This document shows positions 40,365 to 52,260 of a stretch of DNA of 64,000 nucleotides, in pieces. Source of the stretch: Squalus acanthias (taxonomy: Eukaryota). The translations under genes were made by a program, and so were the position numbers. The stretch lies in assembly GCA_030390025.1 (NCBI GenBank), contig CM059432.1:18106001-18170000 (forward strand), in the 5' to 3' direction. The first letter of the stretch is position 1; each line of letters starts with the position of its first letter. The notes under the pieces were generated by a model. The model made no database searches. It worked only from the letters and a program-made list of their open reading frames with translations, and was not told the DNA's origin.

Positions 40365-41550
40365 ATCACAACAACTCGCTGTGTGAAAAGAATATTCCCA
40401 CATGTCGCCTCTGCCTCATTCGCCAGTCACCTTCAATCTGGGTCCTCTGGTTGCCGACCCTTTTTGCCACTGGAAACAGTTTCTCCTTATTTACTCTCTC
40501 AAAACCGTTGATGATTTTGAACACCTCTATCAAATCTCCTCTTAACCTTCTCTGCTCTAAGGAGGACAACCCCAGCTTCTCCAGTCTCTCCACATAACTG
40601 AAGTCCCTCATCCCCGGTACCATTCCAGTAAATCTCTTCTGCACCCTCTCCAAGGTCTTGGCATCCTTCCTAAAGTGTGGTGCCCAGAATTGAACGCAGC
40701 TGATGCCTAACCAGTGTTTTATAAAGGTTTAGCATTTGTACTTTTGTACTCTATTCTTCTATTCGTAAAGCCAAGGATCCAATATGCTTTTTTAACAGCT
40801 TTATCAATTTGTCCTGCCACCTTCAAAGATTTGTGTACATACACCCCCAGACCTCTCTCTTCCTGCACCCCTTTAAAATTGTACCATTTACTTCGTATTG
40901 CCTCTCCTCGTTCTTCCTACCAAAATGTATCACTTCACACTTCTCTGCGTTTCATCTGCCATTTGTCTGCCCATTTTACCAGTCTGTCTATGTCCTCTTG
41001 AATTCTGTTACTGTCCTCATCATTGTTTACTACATTTCCAAGATTCGTATCATCTGCAAACTGTAAAATTATGCCCTGTATGCTCAAGTCAAGGTCATTA
41101 ATATATATCACAAAGAGCAGTGGTCCTAATGCTGACCTCTGGGGAACATCACTGCACACTTCCCTCCAGTCTGAAAAACCATTTACCACCACTCTCTGCT
41201 TTCTATCCCTTAGCCAATTTCGTATCCATGCTGTCACTGTTCCTTTAATTCCCATGAGCTTTAATTTTGCTAACAAAGCTATTACATGGCACTTTGTCAA
41301 ATGCCTTTTGAAAGTCCATATACACAACGTCAACCGCACTACCCTCATCAACCCTCTGTGTTACTTCATCAAAGAACTCGATCAATTTAGTCAAACATGA
41401 TTTGCCTTTAACAAATCTGTTTTGACTTTCATTTATTAGCCCATCATTTTCCAGGTCCCTATTAATTTTGTCCAGGCTGACTGGCCTGTAATTGCCGCGT
41501 TTATCCCTCTCCCCCTTTTTAAAGAGGGGTGTAACATTTGCAATCCTCCA
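40365..41550 (-). mobile_element. CR1 RT fragment
   Basis: [36 protein letters not shown]. Confidence 0.88.
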
Positions 41551-43084
41551 GTGACCTTTTGAGCCTATTATGAGCTTAATTAATATAAATGAAGAGGTGA
41601 ATGGAGCCTCCATACAGTTGTACTGTCACTAAGGCTTGGGGGGAAAATAGCTTGTTGCTATTTTAGCCCATGAGCTTAAAATCGACTCACTTTAAATAAA
41701 ATGTTAACTCTGTTCCAGCAATGTACCTCAGTCCCAACCTCAGAAGAGCAAACCATAATTGCAGTAGAGATTAACGATGGCAGAGGGGTGGCTCGGAGGG
41801 AGTTGCGAGAAGTGATATTCTTCCTTTAATTAAAAAATAGGAAAATATCCATGTTTTTCTCATAATTAATGACCACCCAGTGAAATTGTGGAGACGGACT
41901 TTGAAACGTATGCTTTCTGAGATTGCAATTTTGCTAGCAGATCATTAATTAGAAATTCACCTGATTTTTCATTAAAAGATGGATTTTGCTCTGAATGGCA
42001 AATTAAGGGCAGTTTTCTGCTGTGGGTCCATGCCCACTAGGAACTGGGCTGATGCGACCTGAACTCATTTCAACAACAACAACTTGAATTTATATAGCGC
42101 CTTTATCGTAGTAAAACGTCCCAAGGCGCTGCACAGGAGTATTTTAAGACAAAAAGGTTCTCAGTAAAATAGTATAGCTCTCTTTCACCATTGAACCCTC
42201 CACAGTTGTCCAAATAGTCACCAAAGTGATATCAACTTATCAAACGCTCTGAAAAACCTGTTTAAATACTAACTTTTTTTCACATCACTTATACTAACTC
42301 AACCCAATGTGCAGGACCTTGTACCTGTGTCCCCGCCTAGGAAAATCACAACCTTGGTGTTCTGGTGAATTAACTATGATTAAAAATGCGACGTCTGCAG
42401 CATACGTTTAAATAACTATTATCACCCAACTCATGATTAGTTAATTTATTCTCCTTTTTCCTACTCCAGCAAGTTTGTAATTACTGTCCTTTCCTCATTG
42501 ATTAAATACTGTAATTATTGTACTTTACCTCATTAAGTGCTGTAATTAATGCCATTTTTTTTAACTGGAGACCTAGACAGTACACTGCGATTTCATAAAT
42601 AAACTGAACGGTGCTAGACCCACTTTCAGCTCTTCATTCCAAACTATTGCAGTGAAATCCATTTTCAATAATATTGGGGTAGAGCTTGAAGTCAATGGAA
42701 ATATAAAGCGGGAGAGATGTAAAATGGGGTGCCTACTCGCTATCACCCGTTTCACACTACCGCACAACGCTAAGATCTACCCCATCCTGTTTATTTGTCG
42801 TAAGGAGGAGAAATTGTTGGAAATGCAGAGCAGGTTAACCAGCATCTGAAAAAGAAAGGTAGGTTGATGTTTTGGGTGGAGCCCTTCATAAGAAATACAT
42901 TTGAATCATGAACCTATCTTTAGACAAGAAGGAAAGCTGAATGTTGTAAATCTGGGAGTCATAGAGCAGGTTCTGATGAAAGAGCTCACCCACAACAGTA
43001 ACCTATCATTCTCTCTCAGATGTGACTGGTTCACTGAGCACTTCCAGCATTTTCAGTTCTGTTTATATTTGTAGAATTAAAGAA

Positions 43085-43522
43085 AAAAAAGAAAGACTTG
43101 CATTTATATAGTGCCTTTCACGACCACCGGACGTCCCAAAGCGCTTTACAGCCAATGAAGTACTTTTTGAAGTGTAGTCACCGCTATAATGTAGGAAACG
43201 CGGCAACTAATTTGTACATAGCAAGCTCCCACAAACAGCAATGTGATAATGACCAGATCATCTGTTTTTTAGTTGTGTTGATTGAGGGATAAATATTGGC
43301 CAGGACACCGGGGTTAACTACTCTGCTCTTCTTCGAAATAGTGCCATACGAAATAGTGCAATACATCCACCTGAAAGAGCAGACGGGGCCTCGGTTTAAC
43401 GTCTCATCCAAAAGATGGCACCTCCGATAGTGCAGCGCTCCCTCAGCACTGCACTGAAGTGTCAGCCTAGATTTTTGTGCTCAAGTCTCTTGAGTGGGAC
43501 TTGAACCCACAACCTTCTGAGG
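43085..43522 (-). mobile_element. Deu-SINE body; its 5' head lies at 56700-56736, split off by the provirus
   Basis: Left flank ends ...GAACCCACAACCTTCTGAGG; right flank continues GAGGTGAGGGTGCTACCAACTGAGCCACGGCTGACAC. Confidence 0.88.
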
Positions 43523-45214
43523 TGTAAAGTTTCGCAATTATCGCGATTCGAAATAACAAGATAGAAGCAGATTCGGTTGGTCAGTTTATTTAAACGAAAT
43601 GCTGTCCTGTTATAAAGGACACAGAAGCCTATAAAATGGCCGCCGAGCATCGTGGCAGAAGCTTCCAGAATTACAGTGGGCAGACAAGATGGCGTTCGAA
43701 TATACATTTCAATATAAGACGGGATCATGCTCGATGGGCACTGATGGAGACAGGATGCAACCTGTTTGCATTCGAAACAATAGCAAAAGATGTGAGTGCT
43801 GGAATCGTTTTCCATGCACAAGTAAGGACCATTGTACTGGGCAATCGAAGGCCCATCCAGACACATCAATACACAAATACCCCCACGGCTCTACAATGAG
43901 AGAGCCATTCTCGGGTGATTAAACCAGTATTCGGGGGCCCCCAAAACCCAGCCAGGGAGGCTCCTAGCCGGTCCAACAATGAGGAAAACATTAACGGGTA
44001 GTTGGCCAGTTTCAGGTGCTACCGAAACCCGTTAAGGAAAGAATCGCCCCATGCTGGGAGTTTTGAGCGCCAATATTTCACAAAGGACAAACATTAAGAT
44101 TTGAGCGGGAGATAAGGGGACACAGCACTATAACTATAGACAACAAATGTCCATCGCTCTCTTATTCGCTTGATTCGTGCTCTTATCTCTGCGGACTCTT
44201 GACTCGGGCTGAACTCTGCTGGACGAGCAGCCTTCTGTGTTTTCTCTGGACTCTGTTGACCCTGGACTTTCAGCCGCACTGGACGGTTATTCGAATGTTG
44301 GGTGAAGCTCAATTGGAACGAGTCGCCCCGACGAAGGCCAATGACCGGGTGCACCATCCCGAGAGTCGGTAAACGGTGTTTGGACCCGAAGGCCCAACAA
44401 GACGAGACGAAATGACAAGAGAAGAAGAAGAATCCACGTGCCACCGCGGTCAGTAAACCCCGACCGCGCCCGAAAATATATGACCCATTTCTTGAACTCT
44501 ATAGGTTACTGCACGAACCGGTCAAAGACTCTTCTTTGAATTCTACCGGCAACTGGTGTCGGTACAGGAAGACTTTTCTTTGAGTTCTACAGCCGGGCCC
44601 GAGTTCTGTCGAGTTCTTCATGACAACGGGGAGCCCAGCCTGCTTGTCGCAGCAGTGAAAATAAACAAGTGGGGTACAGAGACCCCTCCAAACACGTGAC
44701 AGTCAGGCGCTGCAGCGAAACGAGCCGAGTGCCTCACTTTAAAATTCTCCGAAGTATCACGAGTGGTGAGCATGTTTCCCGATCCTACAAATCTAGATGT
44801 AGTGTAGGTATTGATAGGGGAGGGTGGTTTTATTAAGGATAAAGTATAATGTGTTCCCCTTTTTACGATGTGCCGTGCGTTCTTCATTACCATAGACCAA
44901 GCTTTATGAATGTATGTATACTTGTACTCTCGTTAATTTGCGCCTATGACATGTACTTCATGATCTTGGACGCTATGCAATAAAGATTTCCATTTCGTAC
45001 TATTCAACCGGGTCTATTTTGAGTTTTTCTCTGCATTACTGCTCTCGCACCTAAGTCCAGTGTTAGAACCGTAAGGGTGAGTGGGTCGGACCACTCACAG
45101 GTGCTTATTGCAACAAGGCTGGCTGGAGACCAGAGCAAGCAATAGTATTAGGCAACGAAGGCCTAACCTCGCACCAGCACCATCTGCGATACAAGCACGA
45201 CAAAACCCCTTACA
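43523..45214 (+). repeat. 5' LTR (1692 bp)
   Basis: TGTAA...TTACA termini; direct repeat of 55008-56699; AATAAA at 44979-44984. Confidence 0.97.
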
Positions 45215-45219
45215 GAAAA

Positions 45220-45237
45220 TAGCGACCACGGCAGGAC
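45220..45237 (+). promoter_or_regulatory. Primer-binding site, tRNA-Arg-like (TGG changed to TAG)
   Basis: TAGCGACCACGGCAGGAC, 5 nt after the LTR; resembles the complement of the vertebrate tRNA-Arg(TCG) 3' end as recalled. Confidence 0.7.
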
Positions 45238-45290
45238 ATTGGCAGCGAGAGAGTAATGTTTTAGACCCTGGTGTGAATAGGCGAAATGTG

Positions 45291-47042
45291 ATGGATGAGA
45301 GGGTAGCCGACTATGTGTTTGGGAAGGTTAACTTAACCAAAAGGTGGATAAGTGACCTACTGATGGATAAGCGTCCGCTAGACGCAGCCATCAAATGGAC
45401 AGGCAGTAAAGAGCATAAGAAGTCGGTGGAGAAAGCGGACTGGCTGATGTGCTACAAGAAGCAAGTCGAACTTTCGGACCAGGTCATTGTGGCACAGGCA
45501 GCTCAGATCAGGGATTTGGAAGTTGAGATGGAGGAAAAGATCACGGGAGGACAGAAACTCATTGCATCCTTGAACGCGTTACATCAGGAACGCCAGATAG
45601 TAGCCAACCACCATGAGGCTAAAATTGAGTACCTAGAGTGTCAGGTCACAGAAGCGAAACTAAACGAGGGTAGGATTAGAGAGTGGTGTGCCCGCCTAGC
45701 TAACCAGATAAAAGCCCAGGAAGAAAGCTTGAAGGGAGTTAGGGCGGCATATAAGATGGCCCTCGAGGATAGGCATGAGGGAGCCAACCACAGTGTTTGC
45801 CAGAAGGAGATAGGGAACCTAAGAGAGGCTCTGAATAAGGCAAACGGCTTGGTGTGCCTCATCAGCCCGTCAGAAAATCAGCCACAGGTGGGTAGGGAAT
45901 TCCCAAAATCCCTACCAGACAAAGCAGAGGAGGTATTGGCCACTGTGCCCTCCGCGCCTCCCAGCTATTCGGCAACCTGGGTAAGGGAGGAAGTGGTGGA
46001 AATAGAAAAGGAGGTTCCCGAGCTAGGACAATCCCCGGAGGTAGAGTCGAGCCCGGGACCGATGTGTCCGCTCCGAGGTCACAAGAGAGGCCCGAACGCA
46101 GCCAATGGGGATGCCGGGGATGTCCTGAACCAGCTGGTATTGCCCCACAGCTCACACCAGCTGAGAGCAATGATTAGCCATGTACGGAAGCTGTCCGAAT
46201 CAGACGACCCTTCCGTACACTTTAGGGAGGTAGAACAGACCGCAGCAATTAATGGCTGCGACGATGTGGAAAAGACCAAAATGTTGCTGTTCTCTTTAGA
46301 TAGCTCGATCCTTCAGTGTCTCTCAGACGAGAGCAAGAAGGGAAATAAAACCTATGGGGAGTTACGGGACGAGGTCCTAGAAGTGTTAGGGGCGGATGAC
46401 GAAGGTCCGTTCGTCAGATTGGGTCAGACCGTACAGATGGAGGGAGAACCCCCGAAGGTTTTCGCCGACAGGCAGTGGCCAGTATACCAGCGTAGCTGCC
46501 CAGGTGCGCCAGCGCGCACCTATCTGGACGGTGCCGGTCTAACTCATTGGCTCAGGTGTTTAGTAGCCAACAGTTTGCCAGCCGTCAGGGAGCAGGCCAA
46601 AGCGTGGTTTGATCCCACTAACCCCGCCACAACAGAGGAGTCGGTCCTAAATCGACTCACGATAGGGTATCGGAACACTAGGAGCACGGGAGCGCGTCCC
46701 CTTAAGGGAAAGGTGCATGAGGCACGGCCCGCAGCCCCGGCTCAAAAGGAGTGGCATCAGGAGGGTAACCGCGCCACACAAGCCAGTGGTGCTTGCTACG
46801 GGTGCGGGAAGACAGGTCACTGGCGTAAGAACTGTAGGAACCCCTGGAAGGACCCCAGGGATAAAAATCCCGCAGCCTGAACCCAAGCGCCTGTCTCTGA
46901 GAGAGGAGCTGGTGTGCCTATCCATCCCGATGCGATAGAATCAATGTTGGGAGCTATGCGGTCCCTTATGATTTCGCAAGGAAGGGTGGCAGTCGCTACC
47001 GGCCCCACAGATGTCACGACCCCGTCCACCAGTACCCAATGA
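45291..47042 (+). pseudogene. gag: gag (coiled coil, PSAPPSY, capsid-like region, CCHC); internal TGA at 46878-46880, presumed natural stop at 47040-47042
   Basis: CYGCGKTGHWRKNC knuckle; first in-frame ATG after the PBS at 45291; frame stays open between the two TGAs. Confidence 0.85.
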
Positions 47043-50000
47043 CTAGAGCCCGCGCAGCCCGTTTACCTGTGTCCGCTCAGCTATGGTGCGTGGAAAAGAC
47101 CCCTGGTTGAGATGGAGGTAGAGAAGCAGAAGGGTAGTTATTTGTTGGACACGGGAGCTTCATGCACCGTGATTCATACGGATAGCCCCTTTGACTCACC
47201 ACTGTCTACCAAGGTCCCATTCACATTAGCGGGGTTCACGGGAAAAGAGCAGGCTGGCGCGTTCTCCATTCCGCTCTCCATTCATTTAGGAGCACTCCAC
47301 ACCACATGGAAGTGCATACTGATGAAATGGCAAGAGGGGGGTGGCAGAGGTATCCTCGGATCGGATCTCCTATCGGAACACGGGATCCTCGTGGACCTTA
47401 GGAATCACTGTCTCTGGGGAGCCAAGGGTGGGAAAGGCAAGGTAGTTGTTATCCCGGGGAAGGAAGGTAAAGGGGCCCTGTGTACCATGAAGCCATCCGG
47501 AGGTTACGACCTCGGGCTTATGGTCGCGGATGTCCCAACGGACATGCAAACGTACGTGTCAGATAATATGCACGCGTTTGCAACCCACAAGCATGATTGT
47601 GGGAGGGTTACCGGGTTTGAGGTCAGCGTAGATGGGGACCCCATGACCCGGCCCCAGAAACAGTATAACTTCCCCAAAGAAGCAGAACCCGATATGGAGA
47701 CAGCAATGTCCTCCTTGGTGCAGCAGGGCGTGTTGAGGCCGATAGCCACACACGTGAACTCCCCATTATGGCCGGTGAGGAAGCCGGATAATTCGTGGAG
47801 GGCCACGGTGGACTACAGAGTCCTTAACAGTAACATCCCCGCCTGCGCGCCCACAGTAGCAGCAGTTGCTGACCTAATAGGGAGTATCCCAGCGTCCGCG
47901 ACCACGTTCACGGTGCTGGATATCTCGAACGGATTTTGGTCCATCCCGCTGCGGCGAGAGGACCAGTACAAGTTTGCCTTTACTTTCAAAGGACAACAGT
48001 ACACATGGAACTGTTTGCCACAGGGTTTCCACAACAGCCCCAGTATTTTCCATCCGTGTATGGCAGGAAGTTTAAAGGAGTTTAGTCAGCCCAATCAGAT
48101 AGTGCAGTACGTGGATGATTTGCTCCTGTTCACAGACTCAAGGGAGGAGCATGGACCACTGCTAGCCGAGTTATTGGAGCTGCTAGGGAGAAAGGGTTTT
48201 AAAGTTAACCCTAAGAAAGCACGTATCGGTCAGCAGGAAGTAAAATTCCTGGGTCTGACCATTCGCGCTGGGGAAAGAGCCATAGATAAGGCTAGGAGGG
48301 AGTTGGTGCAGGAGTTACCGATTCCCAACACCATAACGGGTGTGAGGTCCTTTCTGGGACTGATCGGTTACTGTAGAGACTTCATCGAGGACTATGCGGC
48401 CACAGCAGCTCCGCTGCTCCGACTCCTCCATAAGGGAGTGGAGTGGTCTTGGGACGAGGGTTGTCAGGCAGCATTCGAGAAGTTAAAAAGGGATCTGCAG
48501 ACCGCGCCAGCTTTAGGGGCCATAGATGGGGGGAAGGAGTTTTTCCTGGAGGTAGCTGCCAGCAGAGACAGCTTGAGCGCCGTGCTGCTCCAAGAGCGTC
48601 ACGGCAAGCTGAGGCCGGTTGTCTATTCGTCCAGGGTGTTAACGGATGTGGAGAGGAGTTTCTCCAATTGCGAAAGGCATCTTTTAGCCACGCATTGGGC
48701 TGTGAAAAGATCAGCGATCTTCACAGGGCTCTCTCCCATCACTCTCCTCACCCATCACACACCAACTAAGATGCTTCTAGATGGGAGGATTAAGGATGGG
48801 ACCGTAAGCAGCGCTCGCATTGCGCGCTGGACCCTTCTCCTTTCCCAGATGGATCTTAGAGTTAAAGATCTTTGCGAGCCCAGGCTTGCGGCCAACTTGG
48901 TATACCCCGGAACAGCCCACCGGTGTTCGGTGGAAGGGGTGTGGGAGGTCAACATAGGTTTGTGGGCCGGGATACATCCCATAAGTCGCGAGATTTATGT
49001 TGATGGTTCCAGCACAGTGTCCGCTGGCGAATGACTCACAGGGTGTGGAGTTTATGACCCTGCGGCAAACCTTGCCCTGGCAATTAAACTCCCCAGCACC
49101 ATGAGTGCGCAGCAGGCTGAGCTGTCTGCGGTGGCGTATGTCGTTACCCACCCAGAAATTTTCCCAACCCCATACACGATTTGTTCGGACAGTATGTTTA
49201 CGTGCAATTCGTGTACGGAATACCTGGCCATTTGGTCCCGCCGTGGTTACACCTCCGCGGACGGGCGACCTTTAACGGTGAAGCCCTTGCTGGAAAAGAT
49301 CCTAGCAGCAGTAGGGGAGGAAGGGGAGATTTTCATCCATAAGGTGAAGGCTCACTCCTCCACAGGGCCCTGTGGGGAGGGCAACCAGCAGGCGGATGCG
49401 CTAGCCAGGGAGGGTGCCCGTAATGGCATTTTCTGGGACCCCTATGGACCCGGACCCGTGGCAGCGATCCAAGGTAGGGACGGGAATCCCGGGAACACCA
49501 GGGTAGCACTGCCCCTAGACCTTAAGACCGTCCAGAACCAGGATCCCGCCCTAAAAGCAGTTCTCAGAGCGATTACTGAGGGCAAGCAGGTAGAGGGCCC
49601 GTACAGTACGGCAACCCTCTCTGTTAAAGAAGGCATGCTGTTCCGCGAGGAACAGTGGGTTGTGCCGCAGCAGCACAGGAGGGAATTCCTCCAGTTGGCT
49701 CATGAGGGGCCGGGGGCAGGGCACCCCGGGCCCGAGGTTACCTGGCAACGGGTAGAGCAGGCGGGATGGTGGCCGGGACTCAGGGAGCAGGTCCGCGAGT
49801 TCTGTGCAAACTGTCTTGTGTGCGCTGCAAACAACCCAGACCCCCAGAAAAGGAAAGTGCACATGGGGCACATCAGGAGGGTGGAGGGACCATGGCAGTC
49901 AATACAGATCGATTACATAGGGCCCCTGCCCACCACCCAGGGAGGCTACAAATACTGCCTCGTCTTGGTGGATGTGTTTTCCAAATGGGTAGAAGCCTTC

Positions 50001-50967
50001 CCCTGTAGAACAGCTACGGCGCTGGGTACTGCGAAAATCTTGGTCCGGGAAGTGTTCTCGCGGTGGGGGCTCCCCCGTTTCGTGGAGTCAGACCAAGGGA
50101 GTCATTTCACTGGCCAGGTGATGCAGAACACCCTCATGCTTTTGGGCATTGAAGGGAAGTGGCACGTAGCGCACAATCCCCAGTCATCCGGAATTGTTGA
50201 ACGCATGAACTGGACCCTGAAGGAGAAGCTGAGGAAAGAGACTATGAACTCGCCCCAAAAATGGGCTGAGGTTCCGCCTCTAGTCCTCATGGGGATCCGG
50301 GCCAGTCAGTCGAAAAGTACGGGGTACTCCCCGTACGAGGTGATGACTGGGAGGATCATGCGAACCCCCACCCATGTACTAGCGCCGGTGCTCACTGAGG
50401 ATCAGCTCCAAGAGGTGAAAAGGGACAAGTTTGTCCCGACCCTCTTGGAGCGCCTGAAGCAGGTTTATGAGCAGGCGGCTGGGAACATGGGAAGACAGCA
50501 CCAGGGCAATCGCCTGTTGCTGGAACCCCGCAAGAAGCAGGAGTGGGAAGTTGGAGATCAGGTCATGGTTAGGAACTATGCCAGAGTAGGGAGTTTGGAA
50601 CAACTGTATATGGGGCCCTACAGTATTGTAGATAAAGCGAGTCCCATGGTGTACGCCGTAAAGGTACTTCGGCGCACGAAATGGTTCCACATTAACCAGT
50701 GCAAGTTGTATAAGCCGGGTGCACAAGGGCCAATCACAGGGGCCAAAACTGCGAGTGGGGACTCGCAGCCCCGGGTAGGACCGCAGGGCACACAGACCGG
50801 TAAAGCAGCCTGCTTGAGGGGAGAGGACATTCTAGAAAAGTGTAGGATCTTTTCTTGGTGTTGGGATTCAGATGAGGAAGAGCTCGAGGAGCTCGACCAA
50901 GGTAGTGACCCGATCGGAGAGGTGCTGGGGTCGGAGGACGAAAGTTTCGTCCTCGACTCAAGCTCAG

Positions 50968-51323
50968 GGGAGATAGGGACTGCGAGTGGAGTTCCACACA
51001 GGGTGGAGCCAGAAACTGCAGATCCCGAGCCCAGGGGGGCGGAGCTAGGGGAGACGGAGCCAGCGGCTGTGGTAGGACCACAGGTCGTGATGGTGGAAGT
51101 CTCGGTACCCGGTCCGTCGGCCCTGGAAGTCTTGCCCTTGGGGGAGGTAGGGATTGCGAGTGGAGGACCACATACTGGGCCAAGTAGGGTGGAGCCAGAA
51201 ACTGCAAATCCCAAGTTCAGGGGGGCGGAGCCAGGGGAGACGGAGCCAGCGGCTGTGGTGGGACCACAGGCCGCAACGGTGGAAGTCTTGGTTCCTGGTC
51301 CGTCGGCCCTGGAGATCTTGCCC
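50968..51323 (+). repeat. Two in-frame repeats of about 175-185 bp in the integrase C-terminal tail
   Basis: GEIGTASG...PGPSALEVLP / GEVGIASG...PGPSALEILP. Confidence 0.9.
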
Positions 51324-51338
51324 AAAGTAGCCCTCCGT

Positions 51339-51794
51339 GGGCAACACGGTGGCATAGTGGTTAGCACTGGTGCCTCACAGCGCCAGAGACCCGGGTTCGA
51401 ATCTGGCCTCGGGTGACTGTCTGTGTGGAGTTTGCACATTCTCCCCGTGTCTGCGTGGGTTTCCTCCGGGTGCTCCGGTTTCCTCCCACAGTCCAAAAAT
51501 GTGCGGGTTAGGTGATTTGGCTATGATAAATTGACCCTTAGTGTTAGGGGGGATTAAATATGTGGGGTTACAGGGATAGGATGGGATATGTTAGGGGGAA
51601 TTAAATACGTGGGGTTACGGGGATAGGGTGGGATATGTGTCGGTGCAGGCTCGATGGGGATTCTGTGTGAGGGGGCAGGGACAGGGTACTGGATTTGGAT
51701 GATCAGCCATGATCGTATTGAATGGTGGAGCAGGCTCGACGGGCCGAATGGCCTACTCCTGCTCCTAGTTTCTATGTTTTCTATGTTTCTATGT
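51339..51794 (+). mobile_element. HE1-type V-SINE inserted into the pol tail
   Basis: Near-identical to 24022-24448; (TTTCTATG)n tail. Confidence 0.92.
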
Positions 51795-52260
51795 AGGTTA
51801 AGTCGGACACCCCAGCCCAGCCCAGGAAGTCATGGCCGAATCCCCCGTGTACCCCCAGGCGTAAGTTCAAGGTCAAGGCAGCCCAGGGAGATCCCAGTCC
51901 CAGCGCAGCGACGACAGGCTGCGGCAGATCAAAGGAAGGGGTCAGTGCCCTCCCACCACTGGGAAAAGCTCGTGGCAGCCTTCACAGAATTTAGGTAGGC
52001 CGTCCTGGGAATGGGCGGCGCTGTACAGTTTAAGTTTATAAGTTTAAGTTTAAGTTTTGTAAGTTTGGTAAGTTTGTAGTTTAATTTTATAAGTAAATGG
52101 TAAAATGATGGGAGTTAGTGATAGGAATAGTTAAAGTCTATCCAGCATACATGTCGTTATACGTGAGATGAGGTCAAGGGACCCGCTCACCCTTCACAAA
52201 AGCCAGAGACTCTTGGGAGGCTGGCTACATCATTTTATCTGATCACAGGAACCAGGAAAG

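Larger units (their letters stand above)
47043..51998 (+). pseudogene. pol: pol: protease, RT, tether RNase H, RNase H, integrase with C-terminal extension; TGA at 49032-49034; SINE inserted at 51339
   Basis: LLDTGAS/ILGSD; LPQGF, YVDD; IYVDGS, AQQAEL, SDS, KAH, GNQQADALA; H-H-C-C, IDYIGP, SDQGSHF, VERMN, GPY. Confidence 0.93.

Noticed and set aside
43462..44893. Small ORFs present in both LTRs as possible accessory genes
   Set aside because: Their recurrence is explained by LTR duplication; they are short and show no recognisable motifs.
45081..45290. Gag starting at 45081 as in the ORF track
   Set aside because: That start is a GTG inside the LTR upstream of the PBS; the ATG at 45291 is more plausible.
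51339..51415. tRNA gene (also at about 24375-24448 and 36369-36440)
   Set aside because: tRNA-derived SINE heads continuous with SINE bodies and tails.
50618..51496. 292-aa antisense ORF in the provirus
   Set aside because: Starts inside the inserted SINE and mirrors the GC-rich pol repeats.
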